Origin: an uncultured Acidobacteriota bacterium
GTDB taxonomy: Bacteria; Acidobacteriota; Vicinamibacteria; Vicinamibacterales; 2-12-FULL-66-21
DNA length: 64,000 nucleotides
NCBI GenBank assembly: GCA_963750935.1
Contig: CAVVSR010000018.1
Span: 261,234-325,233, forward strand
Direction of reading: 5' to 3'
This document shows, piece after piece, positions 45,852 through 55,282 of the stretch (position 1 is the stretch's first letter; each line of letters begins with the position of its first letter). The notes under the pieces are model-generated. The model saw nothing but the letters and a program-made list of their open reading frames with translations. It searched no databases and was not told where the DNA came from. Both the position numbers and the translations under genes were made by a program.

Positions 45852-46517
45852 TCAGCTCGCCCGAGCCCGCGACCGCGCCAGTCCGCCGTGGAGCTTTGGG
45901 GGCACCACACAGTCCACCAGCGGCGAGACCGGCCGGACGTTGTGGCGGTGACGGATCCGGCTCAGGAACTCGGGGGAAATCCCGAGGTAGGCCGCGATCT
46001 GGTGCTGCGGGACCCGATGCTCGAGGTTGGGATAGCGCCGCTTGAAGTCGTCGTAGCGAACGTCCGCGGTCTCCCGCATCATCCCCATCACCCGCCCCTG
46101 CATCGCCACCAGGGCGCGCTGCGACATGATCCGGAAGACGCGCTCGAACTTCGGCACCTCGGCGTACAGCCGCTCCTTGCTGGCGCGATCGATCAGGAGG
46201 ACCTCGGTCGGCTCCAGGGCGTCCATCGAGAGGACCGCCGGCGTCTGCGAGATCAGGCTGCCGACGTCCGTGACCCACCAGTCCTCGGGCGCGAAGTAGA
46301 GGACGTGATCGGCGCCGCTCTCGTCGGTGTGGTAGACACGCAGGCAGCCGTTGACGACGTAACCTTCAAAGTCGCACACCTCGCCGGCGACGAGCAGCGG
46401 GGCCTTCTTTTCCAGGTAGCGGTGCTGCAACAGGCCAGCGAAGATTCCGAATTCAGCATCGGACAAGGCGACGTACTTGCCGATGTTGGCTCTGATCGAC
46501 TCGAGCATCGGGGTCAT
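45852..46517 (-). CDS. Crp/Fnr-family transcriptional regulator
   Basis: 221 aa with a cNMP-binding-like beta-roll and the C-terminal HTH VPQHQIAAYLGISPEFLSRIR. Confidence 0.88.
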   Translation of the reverse strand: MTPMLESIRANIGKYVALSDAEFGIFAGLLQHRYLEKKAPLLVAGEVCDFEGYVVNGCLRVYHTDESGADHVLYFAPEDWWVTDVGSLISQTPAVLSMDALEPTEVLLIDRASKERLYAEVPKFERVFRIMSQRALVAMQGRVMGMMRETADVRYDDFKRRYPNLEHRVPQHQIAAYLGISPEFLSRIRHRHNVRPVSPLVDCVVPPKLHGGLARSRARAS

Positions 46518-46824
46518 GGCACTCCAGCGACAGGGATATGGGGCACGGGATACGAACTTTCGCTTGGAACGGTGTCCCGGTTCAGTGCAGGCCGCATGCC
46601 ACGAAACGCTGACCTCGGCTCCGATCTCAGCCCCGCCGCGGCCCTCCGGTCCCGCTGATTTTTCGCCTGTTTTTGCGTGGGTCTCGAGGGTCTTGACCTA
46701 GGACAAGACGCGCCTCATCCCACCAACCCGAGCCGGTAGGTAGTTCTTACTTCCCATGAGTCAGTTTCGAGACACGGCTGGCGCTACGGCAGAGGTTGAG
46801 GAGAGGAGGGAGCCGGGAGGGAGA

Positions 46825-46855
46825 CTACCGGGTTCCTGCGGCAGGAACCCGGTAG
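46825..46855 (-). terminator. Candidate stem-loop terminator (31-nt perfect palindrome ctaccgggttcctgc g gcaggaacccggtag)
   Basis: It lies 20 nt beyond the stop of the gene at 46875..47555 and has no U-tract. Confidence 0.4.
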
Positions 46856-46874
46856 GACGAACGAGAAACCGCCG

Positions 46875-47555
46875 CTACTTGCCCAGCGCGAAATTGGTGA
46901 CGACCGCGTCCGAGTTGTGGCCCGTGCGAATGCCGACGATGCCGTCGACCGAGGCCAGCTTGCCGGCGCCGGTGACGTCCGCCTTCGTGCCCGTCCAGAC
47001 CGCCGTGCCGTTGACCAGGCACGACACGCTGTCGCCCTTGACGACAAGGCTGACCTCGTTGACGACTTCGGCTGCCGGATCGCCCTTCTTCACGGCGTCG
47101 TGCGGAGCGGGCTTCGCCACCACACGGAACACCTGTCCACCGGCGAAGCCGCGGACGATGTAGTTGCCGTTGCGATACGCCGAGCAATAGAGCGCGTTCG
47201 GGGCATCGGTGTCGAGGGCCGATCCGCCGATGAACACGCCGAACGGATGCGGGTGATCGTTCACCTGCTTGGCCTCGGTGAACGTCGCCTTGACGCTGAA
47301 GTCACCCTTGGCGGTGTTCGCCGGACTCCAGTACATACCGGCTGGGCCGGTCGTCATCCGATAGCCCTTCCCCTCGGCCGCAAACTTGGAATCGTTGATC
47401 GTGAGACCCTGCTTGCTCGGATCCGCCTTGCCCTGCCAGCCCTTCACCGTAATACCGCCGCCAGCCACCTTCTTGTCAGCATCCTGAGCGGCGGGGAACG
47501 CGTAGCTCAGGCACGCGGCGGCGATTCCCACGGCCAATACTCTTGCCAGACGCAT
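46875..47555 (-). CDS. Secreted hypothetical protein, probably a concanavalin-like/DUF1080-like beta-sandwich (tentative)
   Basis: 226 aa with the signal peptide MRLARVLAVGIAAACLSYAFPAA and coding-like composition. Confidence 0.7.
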   Translation of the reverse strand: MRLARVLAVGIAAACLSYAFPAAQDADKKVAGGGITVKGWQGKADPSKQGLTINDSKFAAEGKGYRMTTGPAGMYWSPANTAKGDFSVKATFTEAKQVNDHPHPFGVFIGGSALDTDAPNALYCSAYRNGNYIVRGFAGGQVFRVVAKPAPHDAVKKGDPAAEVVNEVSLVVKGDSVSCLVNGTAVWTGTKADVTGAGKLASVDGIVGIRTGHNSDAVVTNFALGK

Positions 47556-47687
47556 TGTTGCCTCCTTCGACGCAACGGCCCGCGCGAGTCGCGCGTCACG
47601 TATGGCGTCATAGACGCCGTATTCTACTTCCCCGCGACGACAGATGTTTCATCGGCTCGCCGCGACCGGTCCTCCCCGTGCCAGCGC

Positions 47688-50207
47688 TCACTGCGACCGC
47701 AGCGCGACGGTCGGCTCGATTCGCATCGCCCGCCGTGCCGGAACGTAGCTCGCGATCATCGACGCCAACCCCAGCACGAGCGTCGCCCCGACCAGGACGA
47801 GCGGGTCGGTGCTGCGCACGCCGTACAGCAGGCTGCCCAGCGCGCGCGCGGCCAGCAGCGCGAGCGGCAGGCCGAGCGCGATGCCGGCGCCGGTGAGGAT
47901 CAGCGCGTCCCGCAGCACCAGGCCGCGGACGTTCGCGGCGCTGGCCCCGAGCGCCATCCTGATCCCGAGCTCCCGCGTCCGCTGCGACACGACGTAGGCC
48001 TTGACGCCATAGACCCCGATCACCGCCAGCACGACGGCCAGCAGGCCGAACGCCGTGAGCAGGCGCCCGCCGGTTCTCACCGCCCACAACACCAGGCTGC
48101 GATCGTGGACGCGCTGCAGCGTCGACAGCTCCAGCACCGGCAACGTCGCGTCCACGGCGCGCAGCTCGGTGCGGAGACTCCCCATCAGACGCGACATCGC
48201 CGCGTCGTCTCCCGAACGGCTGCGGACGTGCAGGTGCATACCCGCCCGATACCGCCGGCCCCAGGGGACGTAGACATGCGGCACCGGCTCGCGATCGACG
48301 ACCTCTTCGCGAATCGACGGCACCACGCCAACGACCTGCAGCGGTTCGGCGTCATCCGCCGGACCGTCGTTGCGGGGCGCGAACCGAATCAGCTGGCCGA
48401 CCGGATCGTCGGCGCCGAAGACCGCGGCGGCCAGACGGTCGTCGATGATCGCCACGCGCGGCGCGGCTGGTGACGACTCCTCGGTCGGGGTGAAGTCGCG
48501 CCCTCTCAGTACCGGCAGGCCGAGCGCCCGGAAGTAGTCGGTGCCGATGATGCGGTAGGTCGCGCGCGGCGGCTGCTGCTCGGCGGGCCCGGCCGGCGCC
48601 CCGAGCCGCTCCACGCGCTCGCCTTCGTGGAACTCGCCGAACGGCACCGTCGACGCGAACCCGGCGGCGGCCACGTCCGGCAGCGCGCGCACGCGCTCGA
48701 GGGCGTCGCGGTAAATCTGGCGGCCACGGCGCTCGTCGTGATTGGCCAGGCTGGGATCGAGCGACGCGAGGATGCCGCCGTCGTACGAGAATCCCGGCGT
48801 CGACCGCGCCGCGTTGAAGGCACTGCGCGCGAACAGCCCGCCGCACGTCAGCAGGACGAGGGACAGCGCGAGCTGGACCAGCACCATCAGGTTCCGCCCC
48901 GAGAATCGCCGCCCGAGCACGCCGGCGTCGGCCGCCGTCTCCTTCAGATCGGTGACGAGATCGCGCTTCGACAGGGTGAACGCCGGACCGACGCCCGACA
49001 GCAGCGTCGCCATCACCGCAAACACCGTCGTCGCCAGCAGCACGTTCAGATCGGGCTGCGCGTCGAACGTCAGGGCCAGCGGCATGACGTCGCCCAGCGT
49101 GGCCACCAGCAGATCGACCACCCAGTACGACAGCAGCAGGCCCGCCGCGGCGCCGGTCAGCGCCAGTGCCAGGCTCTCGGTGACGAGTTGCCGGACGATG
49201 CGGGAGCGGGCCCCGCCCAGCGCGAGGCGGATCGCGATCTCCTTCTTCCGTGACGTGCCCCGCGCGAGCAGCATGTTGGCGAGGTTGAGCGAGGCGATCA
49301 GCAGCACGATCGCGGAGATGCCCATCAGCGCCCCGCCGGCGATGGCAACGCCAGTGTCCGACTGCGGCTCGTCGCTGGTCGCGAGCCGGGGCAGCGGGTT
49401 GACGGTCAGGGCCTGATCGCGGTTGTCGGCCGGATACGCGGCTTCGAGCTGCCGGGAGACCGCGTCGAGACGGCCCGTGGCCATCGCAGCCGAGACCCCG
49501 GGCTTGAGGCGGGCGACCACGACGAGGGTGTGGTGCGTGCGATCCTGCAGCCGCTGTTCGGCGCGCTTGAACACGTCGTTGACGATGGTGTCGAACATGC
49601 CCAGCGGCAGCCACAGCTCGGGCGACACCAGCGCCATCGTGCCGCCGAACGTCTTCGGCGCGACGCCGACGACCGTGAAGTCGGTGGCGTTGACACGCAG
49701 CGTGCTGCCCACGAACGCCGGATCGAAGCCCGCCGCTGCCCACCGCTCGTAGCGCACGATCGCGACCGGCAGGTTCGCGCCAGGCCGCTCTTCGTCGGCG
49801 CGGAACGAACGGCCGGCAGCGAGCGGCACGCGCAGCGTGTCGAAGTAGTTCGCCGACACCAGCTCGACGAACGTCCGCCGCATCGTGTCGCCGGCGGGCA
49901 GTCCCACCATGGCGAACGTGTGCGCCATCACCCCGTCGAACACGTCCGCGCCCTCGCGCACGTCCACGTAGGTGGGATAGGAGAACGATCGGTACGAGTC
50001 CGGCCTGGTGCGATCGTGGCTGAACACCTGCACCACGTCCGGTCCCTGTCCCGCGATCGGCTGGAACAGCATCGCGTTCACCAGCGTGAACATCGCGGTA
50101 TTGCCGCCGATCCCGATGGCGAGCACGACCAGCGCGACGGCGGTGAACCCGGGCGCCTGCGCGAACGTGCGCAGCGCATAGCGGAGATCCTGAAGCACAC
50201 TCGACAT
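47688..50207 (-). CDS. ADOP-type duplicated FtsX/MacB-like permease
   Basis: 839 aa. The N-terminus is LQDLRYALRTFAQAPGFTAVALVVLAIGIGGNTAMF. It has two FtsX modules and the C-terminus YVPARRAMRIEPTVALRSQ. Confidence 0.92.
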   Translation of the reverse strand: MSSVLQDLRYALRTFAQAPGFTAVALVVLAIGIGGNTAMFTLVNAMLFQPIAGQGPDVVQVFSHDRTRPDSYRSFSYPTYVDVREGADVFDGVMAHTFAMVGLPAGDTMRRTFVELVSANYFDTLRVPLAAGRSFRADEERPGANLPVAIVRYERWAAAGFDPAFVGSTLRVNATDFTVVGVAPKTFGGTMALVSPELWLPLGMFDTIVNDVFKRAEQRLQDRTHHTLVVVARLKPGVSAAMATGRLDAVSRQLEAAYPADNRDQALTVNPLPRLATSDEPQSDTGVAIAGGALMGISAIVLLIASLNLANMLLARGTSRKKEIAIRLALGGARSRIVRQLVTESLALALTGAAAGLLLSYWVVDLLVATLGDVMPLALTFDAQPDLNVLLATTVFAVMATLLSGVGPAFTLSKRDLVTDLKETAADAGVLGRRFSGRNLMVLVQLALSLVLLTCGGLFARSAFNAARSTPGFSYDGGILASLDPSLANHDERRGRQIYRDALERVRALPDVAAAGFASTVPFGEFHEGERVERLGAPAGPAEQQPPRATYRIIGTDYFRALGLPVLRGRDFTPTEESSPAAPRVAIIDDRLAAAVFGADDPVGQLIRFAPRNDGPADDAEPLQVVGVVPSIREEVVDREPVPHVYVPWGRRYRAGMHLHVRSRSGDDAAMSRLMGSLRTELRAVDATLPVLELSTLQRVHDRSLVLWAVRTGGRLLTAFGLLAVVLAVIGVYGVKAYVVSQRTRELGIRMALGASAANVRGLVLRDALILTGAGIALGLPLALLAARALGSLLYGVRSTDPLVLVGATLVLGLASMIASYVPARRAMRIEPTVALRSQ

Positions 50208-50216
50208 GAAGCCTCG

Positions 50217-52643
50217 CTATCCTTCCGCGCGGAGCGCGATCGTCGGACTGACGTTGAGCGCACGGCGGGTCGGGATCACCGCCGCGGGAATCACGACCAG
50301 CGCCAGCCCGAGCGGCGCCACCAGCAGGCTGACCAGATCGATCGACGGCAGGCCGAAGACGAAGACGCTGACGGCGCGCGCCAGCAGCCACGCGAGCGCG
50401 ACGCCGACCACCGATCCCGCGGCGGTCACGCGCAGACCCTCGCTGAACACGAGCCGCAGGATCTGCCCACGGTTGGCGCCGAGCGCCAGGCGCAGGCCGA
50501 TCTCCGGCGTCCGGCGCCGCACCCCGTCGTCGATCACCCCGTAAACGCCGATGGTCGCGAGCATCAGCGCGGCAACCCCGCACGCGGCGACGACGGTGGT
50601 GAGGACCTGATCGAGCTTGAGCGCGGCCTGCAGGTGCTCGTCGAACGTCATCGTCATCCTGACGTCGACGGCGCGATCGATCGCCGCGAGCTTGTCGCGG
50701 ATCCCGCGGATCGCCGGGCCACCGTCGTGCTGCGTGCGCACCACGAGATGCATGTATTCAGGCGTCCGCTGCGACAGCGAGAAATACGCCATCGGCTCGG
50801 GCGCTTCCTGCAGCGTCCGGTACTTGCCGCTGCGGACGACGCCGATGATTTTGTAGGACTGCCCCTTCGGGTCCTGCAGATAGCGGCCGGCCGCGCTCGG
50901 GCCGAAGTAACGCCGCGCCAGCACGTCGTTGACCACCACGACGCCGGGCGCGAGCGCGCCATCGTCGGCATCGAACAAGCGGCCTTCGATCAGCGGGATG
51001 CGCACGGCCCGGAAGTAGCCGGCGTCCGCGACGTTGACCTCGACCTCGAGCCTCTCCTTGATCCCCGGCCGGGCGGCGTCGAACTCGAAGGTCTGCACCG
51101 GGCCACGTACGACGGGCAGCGTGGCCACCCATCCGAGCGCTCCCGCATCCGCGAACGGACGCGCCATCTTCGAGACTTCGGTGTGGAACTGGATCCCGCG
51201 CAGGACATTGCCGCCGAAGATGCCCGGAATGCGTATCAGCGCGATCCCGATGCCGCGGTTCCCGCTGCCGAGCTCGCCCTGCAGCGCCAGCGACAGCGAC
51301 TGCACCAGCAGCCCCGCGCCGATCAGGAGAACGGTGGACAGCGCCACCTGACCGATGACGACGACGGTGCGGAACACGCCATGTCCCGTGCGAGCCGAGA
51401 TCGCGCCGGCGTCGGCGCGCAGGACCTCGGCATCGACCGTCTGCCTCGCGTGGCGGGCCGGGCCGATCGCGAACAGCACGCCGACGAGACACGACAGGCC
51501 GACGGCGACGGCCGCCACCGACAGATCGAGGCTCGTGTCGAGGAGGTCCGCTTCATCCGGCGCGAGCTGCGCCGGCAGCAGGCCCGCGGTCCAGTGCGCG
51601 AGCAGCAGGCCCAGGCACGCGCCGGTCAATGACACCAGCACGCCTTCGACGATCACCTGCCGCACGAGGCGGCGCCGGTTCGCGCCGAGCGCAATCTTGA
51701 CCGCCAGTTCGCGGCGGCGGGCCGCGCTTCGCGACAGCAGCAACCCGCCGGCGTTGACGCAGGCGCTCAACAACAGCATCCCGGTCGCGCCGAAAACGAC
51801 CACGCTGATGAGGATGACTTGCTTGCGCGCCGAGGGATCGAGCCGCGAGTACGCCACGACGGTCATCCGGCGCGCTTCGTCGGAGTCGGTCAACGTGCCA
51901 CGATTCGTCTCCGGGTAACGGTCGGCGAGCACGGTGGCCAGCGCGGCGACGGCGCCTCGCGCCGATTCGAGCGCCGCCCCGTCGGCCAGCCGGCCGACGA
52001 GCTGCAAGCGTCGTACGCCTCGCCCTTCGTCGGGCGACGCGGCCAGCGGGATCCAGATGTCGCACTGCCGGCCGAGCTGCAGGCCGTTGAAGCGAGCCGG
52101 GGCGATACCCACGACGGTGTACTGCCGGTCGTTAATGGCGACCGACTTGCCGACGATGTCGTGCGGCGAGCCGAAGCCGATCCAGAGCGGCAGGCTGATG
52201 ACCGCGGGCGCCGCGTCCGACGGGGCGGCCTCTCCCGGACCGAACAGACGGCCCGCGTGCGCGGCGACCCCAAGCGTCGTGAAGTAGTCGTCCGTGACGG
52301 CGGCCACCCTCACCCGCTGCAGCACGCTCCCGAAGCGCACCGCTTCGATCGCCGCATCGTCCGACGCCGACAGCGACTGCAGGATGGTGGATTCGGCCTT
52401 GAGCGACAGGTAGTCGGCGTATGACGACAGGCCGTTGGTGGCGCCGTTGTACCTGCTGGTGAAGATCGAGACCAGGCGCGAGGGGCGAACCACCCCGCCC
52501 GGCACGTCGAAGAGCAACCCGTTCATCACGCCGAAGAGCACGGCGTTCGCGCCGGTGCCGAGGCCGAGGCTGATGAGCAGCACGGCGGTCGTGACCTTGG
52601 ACCGCATGAACCCGCGGATCGCGTACTTCAGATCGTCGATCAC
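50217..52643 (-). CDS. ADOP-type duplicated FtsX/MacB-like permease (paralog)
   Basis: 808 aa showing DDLKYAIRGFMRSKVTTAVLL... and the C-terminus VIPTRRALNVSPTIALRAEG. It lies 9 nt upstream of the paralog at 47688..50207. Confidence 0.92.
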   Translation of the reverse strand: MIDDLKYAIRGFMRSKVTTAVLLISLGLGTGANAVLFGVMNGLLFDVPGGVVRPSRLVSIFTSRYNGATNGLSSYADYLSLKAESTILQSLSASDDAAIEAVRFGSVLQRVRVAAVTDDYFTTLGVAAHAGRLFGPGEAAPSDAAPAVISLPLWIGFGSPHDIVGKSVAINDRQYTVVGIAPARFNGLQLGRQCDIWIPLAASPDEGRGVRRLQLVGRLADGAALESARGAVAALATVLADRYPETNRGTLTDSDEARRMTVVAYSRLDPSARKQVILISVVVFGATGMLLLSACVNAGGLLLSRSAARRRELAVKIALGANRRRLVRQVIVEGVLVSLTGACLGLLLAHWTAGLLPAQLAPDEADLLDTSLDLSVAAVAVGLSCLVGVLFAIGPARHARQTVDAEVLRADAGAISARTGHGVFRTVVVIGQVALSTVLLIGAGLLVQSLSLALQGELGSGNRGIGIALIRIPGIFGGNVLRGIQFHTEVSKMARPFADAGALGWVATLPVVRGPVQTFEFDAARPGIKERLEVEVNVADAGYFRAVRIPLIEGRLFDADDGALAPGVVVVNDVLARRYFGPSAAGRYLQDPKGQSYKIIGVVRSGKYRTLQEAPEPMAYFSLSQRTPEYMHLVVRTQHDGGPAIRGIRDKLAAIDRAVDVRMTMTFDEHLQAALKLDQVLTTVVAACGVAALMLATIGVYGVIDDGVRRRTPEIGLRLALGANRGQILRLVFSEGLRVTAAGSVVGVALAWLLARAVSVFVFGLPSIDLVSLLVAPLGLALVVIPAAVIPTRRALNVSPTIALRAEG

Positions 52644-52833
52644 GGTGTAGGTGTCGCCTTACCAGATTCGTGCCGGCGCCCCCTGGCGCAAGTAAGTCCT
52701 TGCCCCGCCGTTACATCACCCGTCACAGGTCGTGCGCGTCATGCCGTCGCAGCGTTCGCAAGCGGACACATCGTCCCACGGACGAACGAGCGCCAGCGTC
52801 GATGGCTTCGCCACGACGTGCTCGGGGCTGATC

Positions 52834-53073
52834 ATGTTTCAGCACCTCCGCCCGGCGCTGATCGGGCTGGCCATCGGCGTGGCCGGCGCGCTGGGTCTCG
52901 GACGGCTGCTGCGAACGATGGTTTACGGTGTGGGCACGACGGACGTCTTCACCGTTGTGTCGATGAGCGTGGCCCTCGTCGCCGTGACCGCTGTGGCCTG
53001 CTGGGTTCCTGCCCGGCGTGCCACCCGGGTCGATCCCCTGATCGCGCTCAGGGCCGAGCAGCACAACCGCTGA
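52834..53073 (+). pseudogene. Remnant of the C-terminal two TM helices of an ADOP/FtsX permease
   Basis: Track ORF 52732..53073 ends ...LRPALIGLAIGVAGALGLGRLLRTMVYGVGTTDVFTVVSMSVALVAVTAVACWVPARRATRVDPLIALRAE, which is only the last ~80 residues of an ~800-aa family. It lies head-to-head with the intact paralog. Confidence 0.75.
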
Positions 53074-53154
53074 CTCGGCCGATCCGGCTCGGGCACCAAC
53101 GAAGCGAGGGCCACCGGCGTTTGGAAGACAGCATACGCAGTTGGGAGAGCCACC

Positions 53155-54348
53155 ATGATGAGCCGCCTGACCCCGCTGGTCCTGTTCGCCGCCCTGACGG
53201 GCGCCTCCGCCCCGCTGGCCTCACCGCCAGCCGATCCCTCGAACCTCACCGTTCACGAGTGGGGCACGTTCACCACCATTGCCGGCGACGACGGTCGTCC
53301 GGTCGAGTGGTCGGCGTGGGCCGGGCCCCAGGACCTGCCCTGTTTCGTCGAGAAGCTGAAGTGGTGCGCCAAGTGCACGCCCGGTGCGACGGTGCGCATG
53401 GAGACGCCGGTTCTCTACTTCTACGGTCCGCAACCGGCAAAGATCGACGTCTCCGTGAAGTTCCGGCAGGGACTGCTGACCGAGTGGTATCCGCGCGCGG
53501 CGGCGTCGCCGGACACGATCCCGCAGAGCGGGCTGTCGCGCCCGTTCACGCACTCGCTGCGGTGGTCCGCGGTCGACGTGACGCCCGGTGCCGCCGAGCA
53601 CTTCCCGACCGAGCCGGCGAAGAACCACTACTACGCGGCGCGCGAGACTGACGCCGCGCCGTTGCGGGTCGGCTCACAGCAGGAGAAGTTCCTCTTCTAT
53701 CGCGGCATCGGACGCTTCGAGATCCCGATCGTGGCAACCACGCCGGACAGCACGCGGGTCGTGGTGAAGAACACCGGCAGCGAGCCGCTCGCTGCCGTCG
53801 TGCTGTTCGAGAACCGGGGCGGCCGCATCGGTTACCGCATCAGCCACGGCGTGACCGGCGAACGGACGTTCGCCACGCCGGCCCTGAACAGCGGCCTCGA
53901 TCAGCTGACCGGTGAGCTCGAGCGGGCGCTCGTCGCGCAGGGCCTGTACGCGCGCGAGGCCCGCGCCATGATCGAAACCTGGCGGGACTCGTGGTTCGAG
54001 GAGGGGACGCGCCTCTTCTACATCGTGCCGCCGCGGCTGGTGGACCACGTCCTGCCGCTGCGGATCGACCCGGCGCCGGCCGCGCTCTCGCGGGTCTTCG
54101 TGGGTCGCGTCGAGTTGTTCACGGCCGCGACGCGCGACGACGTCAGCCGCGCGATCGCGTCGAACGATCCGGGCGCCGCCGCCAGGTACGGCCGCTTCGT
54201 GCCGGAAATCATGAATCGTCTCTTCCCGGCGGCGACCACCTCTCGCGCCGAACGCTCGCAGGCCGACCGGGTGCTGCAGCCGGTGTATGCCTCGCTGGCG
54301 CCCGGGGCTTCGTGCGCCTCACCATCGCTGACGTCCTCGGGACGCTAG
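53155..54348 (+). CDS. Secreted conserved hypothetical protein (HEWGTF motif family)
   Basis: 397 aa with the signal peptide MMSRLTPLVLFAALTGASA. Blocks VHEWGTFTT, METPVLYFYG, EKFLFYRGIG and IETWRDSWFEEG are present. No function is known to me. Confidence 0.8.
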   Translation: MMSRLTPLVLFAALTGASAPLASPPADPSNLTVHEWGTFTTIAGDDGRPVEWSAWAGPQDLPCFVEKLKWCAKCTPGATVRMETPVLYFYGPQPAKIDVSVKFRQGLLTEWYPRAAASPDTIPQSGLSRPFTHSLRWSAVDVTPGAAEHFPTEPAKNHYYAARETDAAPLRVGSQQEKFLFYRGIGRFEIPIVATTPDSTRVVVKNTGSEPLAAVVLFENRGGRIGYRISHGVTGERTFATPALNSGLDQLTGELERALVAQGLYAREARAMIETWRDSWFEEGTRLFYIVPPRLVDHVLPLRIDPAPAALSRVFVGRVELFTAATRDDVSRAIASNDPGAAARYGRFVPEIMNRLFPAATTSRAERSQADRVLQPVYASLAPGASCASPSLTSSGR

Positions 54349-54383
54349 ACAGCTATCAGAAGGTCACACGCGCGGTGGGCGGA

Positions 54384-54479
54384 CTATGGCCCGCCGCGCG
54401 TCAGCAGCACGGCAAGCAGAATGATGGCCACGAGCACCGCCACCGCCAGCCACGTCGTTTGCGCCACCTTGTTTTCCAT
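54384..54479 (-). CDS. Possible 31-aa single-TM micro-protein
   Basis: The sequence is MENKVAQTTWLAVAVLVAIILLAVLLTRGGP*, with a GGAGG-type SD upstream. It lies 47 nt downstream of the PHP gene on the same strand. It is only the last 31 codons of track ORF 54384..54971. Confidence 0.4.
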   Translation of the reverse strand: MENKVAQTTWLAVAVLVAIILLAVLLTRGGP

Positions 54480-54526
54480 CAGCCTCTCCCCTCCCATTCT
54501 GGCCTGAACCGCCGCGCGCGCCGCGA

Positions 54527-55219
54527 TCAGCGGCGCACGATGACGCGCGCCCGCCCGATCGCGCCGCCGAGCAGCATGCGGCTCATGAGCCAGCCGGCGC
54601 GCACCATCGAGAGCGCGCTCGATCGCACCTGGACGCGGCCGGCGCGGATCGCCGCGCAGATGGCGTCGGCATTGGCCTCGGCCTCGACCAGCGAGTACGT
54701 CGTCCCCATCTGCTCGAGCACATGGAGGTCGGTGTTGCCGACCACCGGCTTGCGATGCTGCCGGGCCCAGCGGACCGCCCGGCTGTTGAAATCGAGCCAG
54801 CGGGTGAACATCGAGTTCACCTCGACCGCGTCGATCAGGTCGGCGAACCGATCCGCGTACGAATACAACGCGCTCGGCGTCGGGTAGAAGGCGTGCGGCG
54901 CGATCACCAGGCCGCGCGGATGTCGATCCTTCAGCGCCTTGACGTCCGCGAAGCTCTGGACCGCCGCGCACTCGGCGGGAAAGTTCAGCAGCAGGACGTG
55001 CCGGCGATCGATGGTGCGCTCGATGCCGGGAATGAGCACGATCCCCCGCGTCCTCGCATAGTCGGCGTCGTCCGCCGGATCGTAGTAGCGGTCGTGGAGC
55101 GTGACCGCCAGCGCGCCGTAGCCGAGGGCGGCGGCCCGATCGATCAAGTCGCGCGTGGTGTGGGTGATGTAATCGGCGGGATCGAGCGCGGTGTGCGCGT
55201 GGAGTTCGGTCTTGATCAC
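54527..55219 (-). CDS. PHP (polymerase/histidinol phosphatase) domain metal-dependent phosphoesterase
   Basis: The IKTELHAHT motif lies at the N-terminus. I prefer the GTG ending at 55219, because the longer track ORF (to 55324) runs into repeat copy B. Confidence 0.8.
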   Translation of the reverse strand: MIKTELHAHTALDPADYITHTTRDLIDRAAALGYGALAVTLHDRYYDPADDADYARTRGIVLIPGIERTIDRRHVLLLNFPAECAAVQSFADVKALKDRHPRGLVIAPHAFYPTPSALYSYADRFADLIDAVEVNSMFTRWLDFNSRAVRWARQHRKPVVGNTDLHVLEQMGTTYSLVEAEANADAICAAIRAGRVQVRSSALSMVRAGWLMSRMLLGGAIGRARVIVRR

Positions 55220-55282
55220 GTTGGCGCCGGGTCTATTGTGCCATTCGGCCCGCGAAGGTTGCTGAGACAACAGACAACAGAG

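Noticed and set aside
48352-51632. ORFs 48352..50583 (-) and 49530..51632 (+) overlapping the two ADOP genes
   Set aside because: They are alternative-frame or antisense shadows. The annotated frames show full-length family similarity, including the conserved N- and C-terminal signatures.
54480-54971. The upstream part of the 195-aa track ORF 54384..54971 (-)
   Set aside because: This part is an alternative-frame overlap with the same-strand PHP gene (54527..55219) and is Arg/Gly-rich. Only the last 31 codons, which have their own SD and a TM helix, are plausible.
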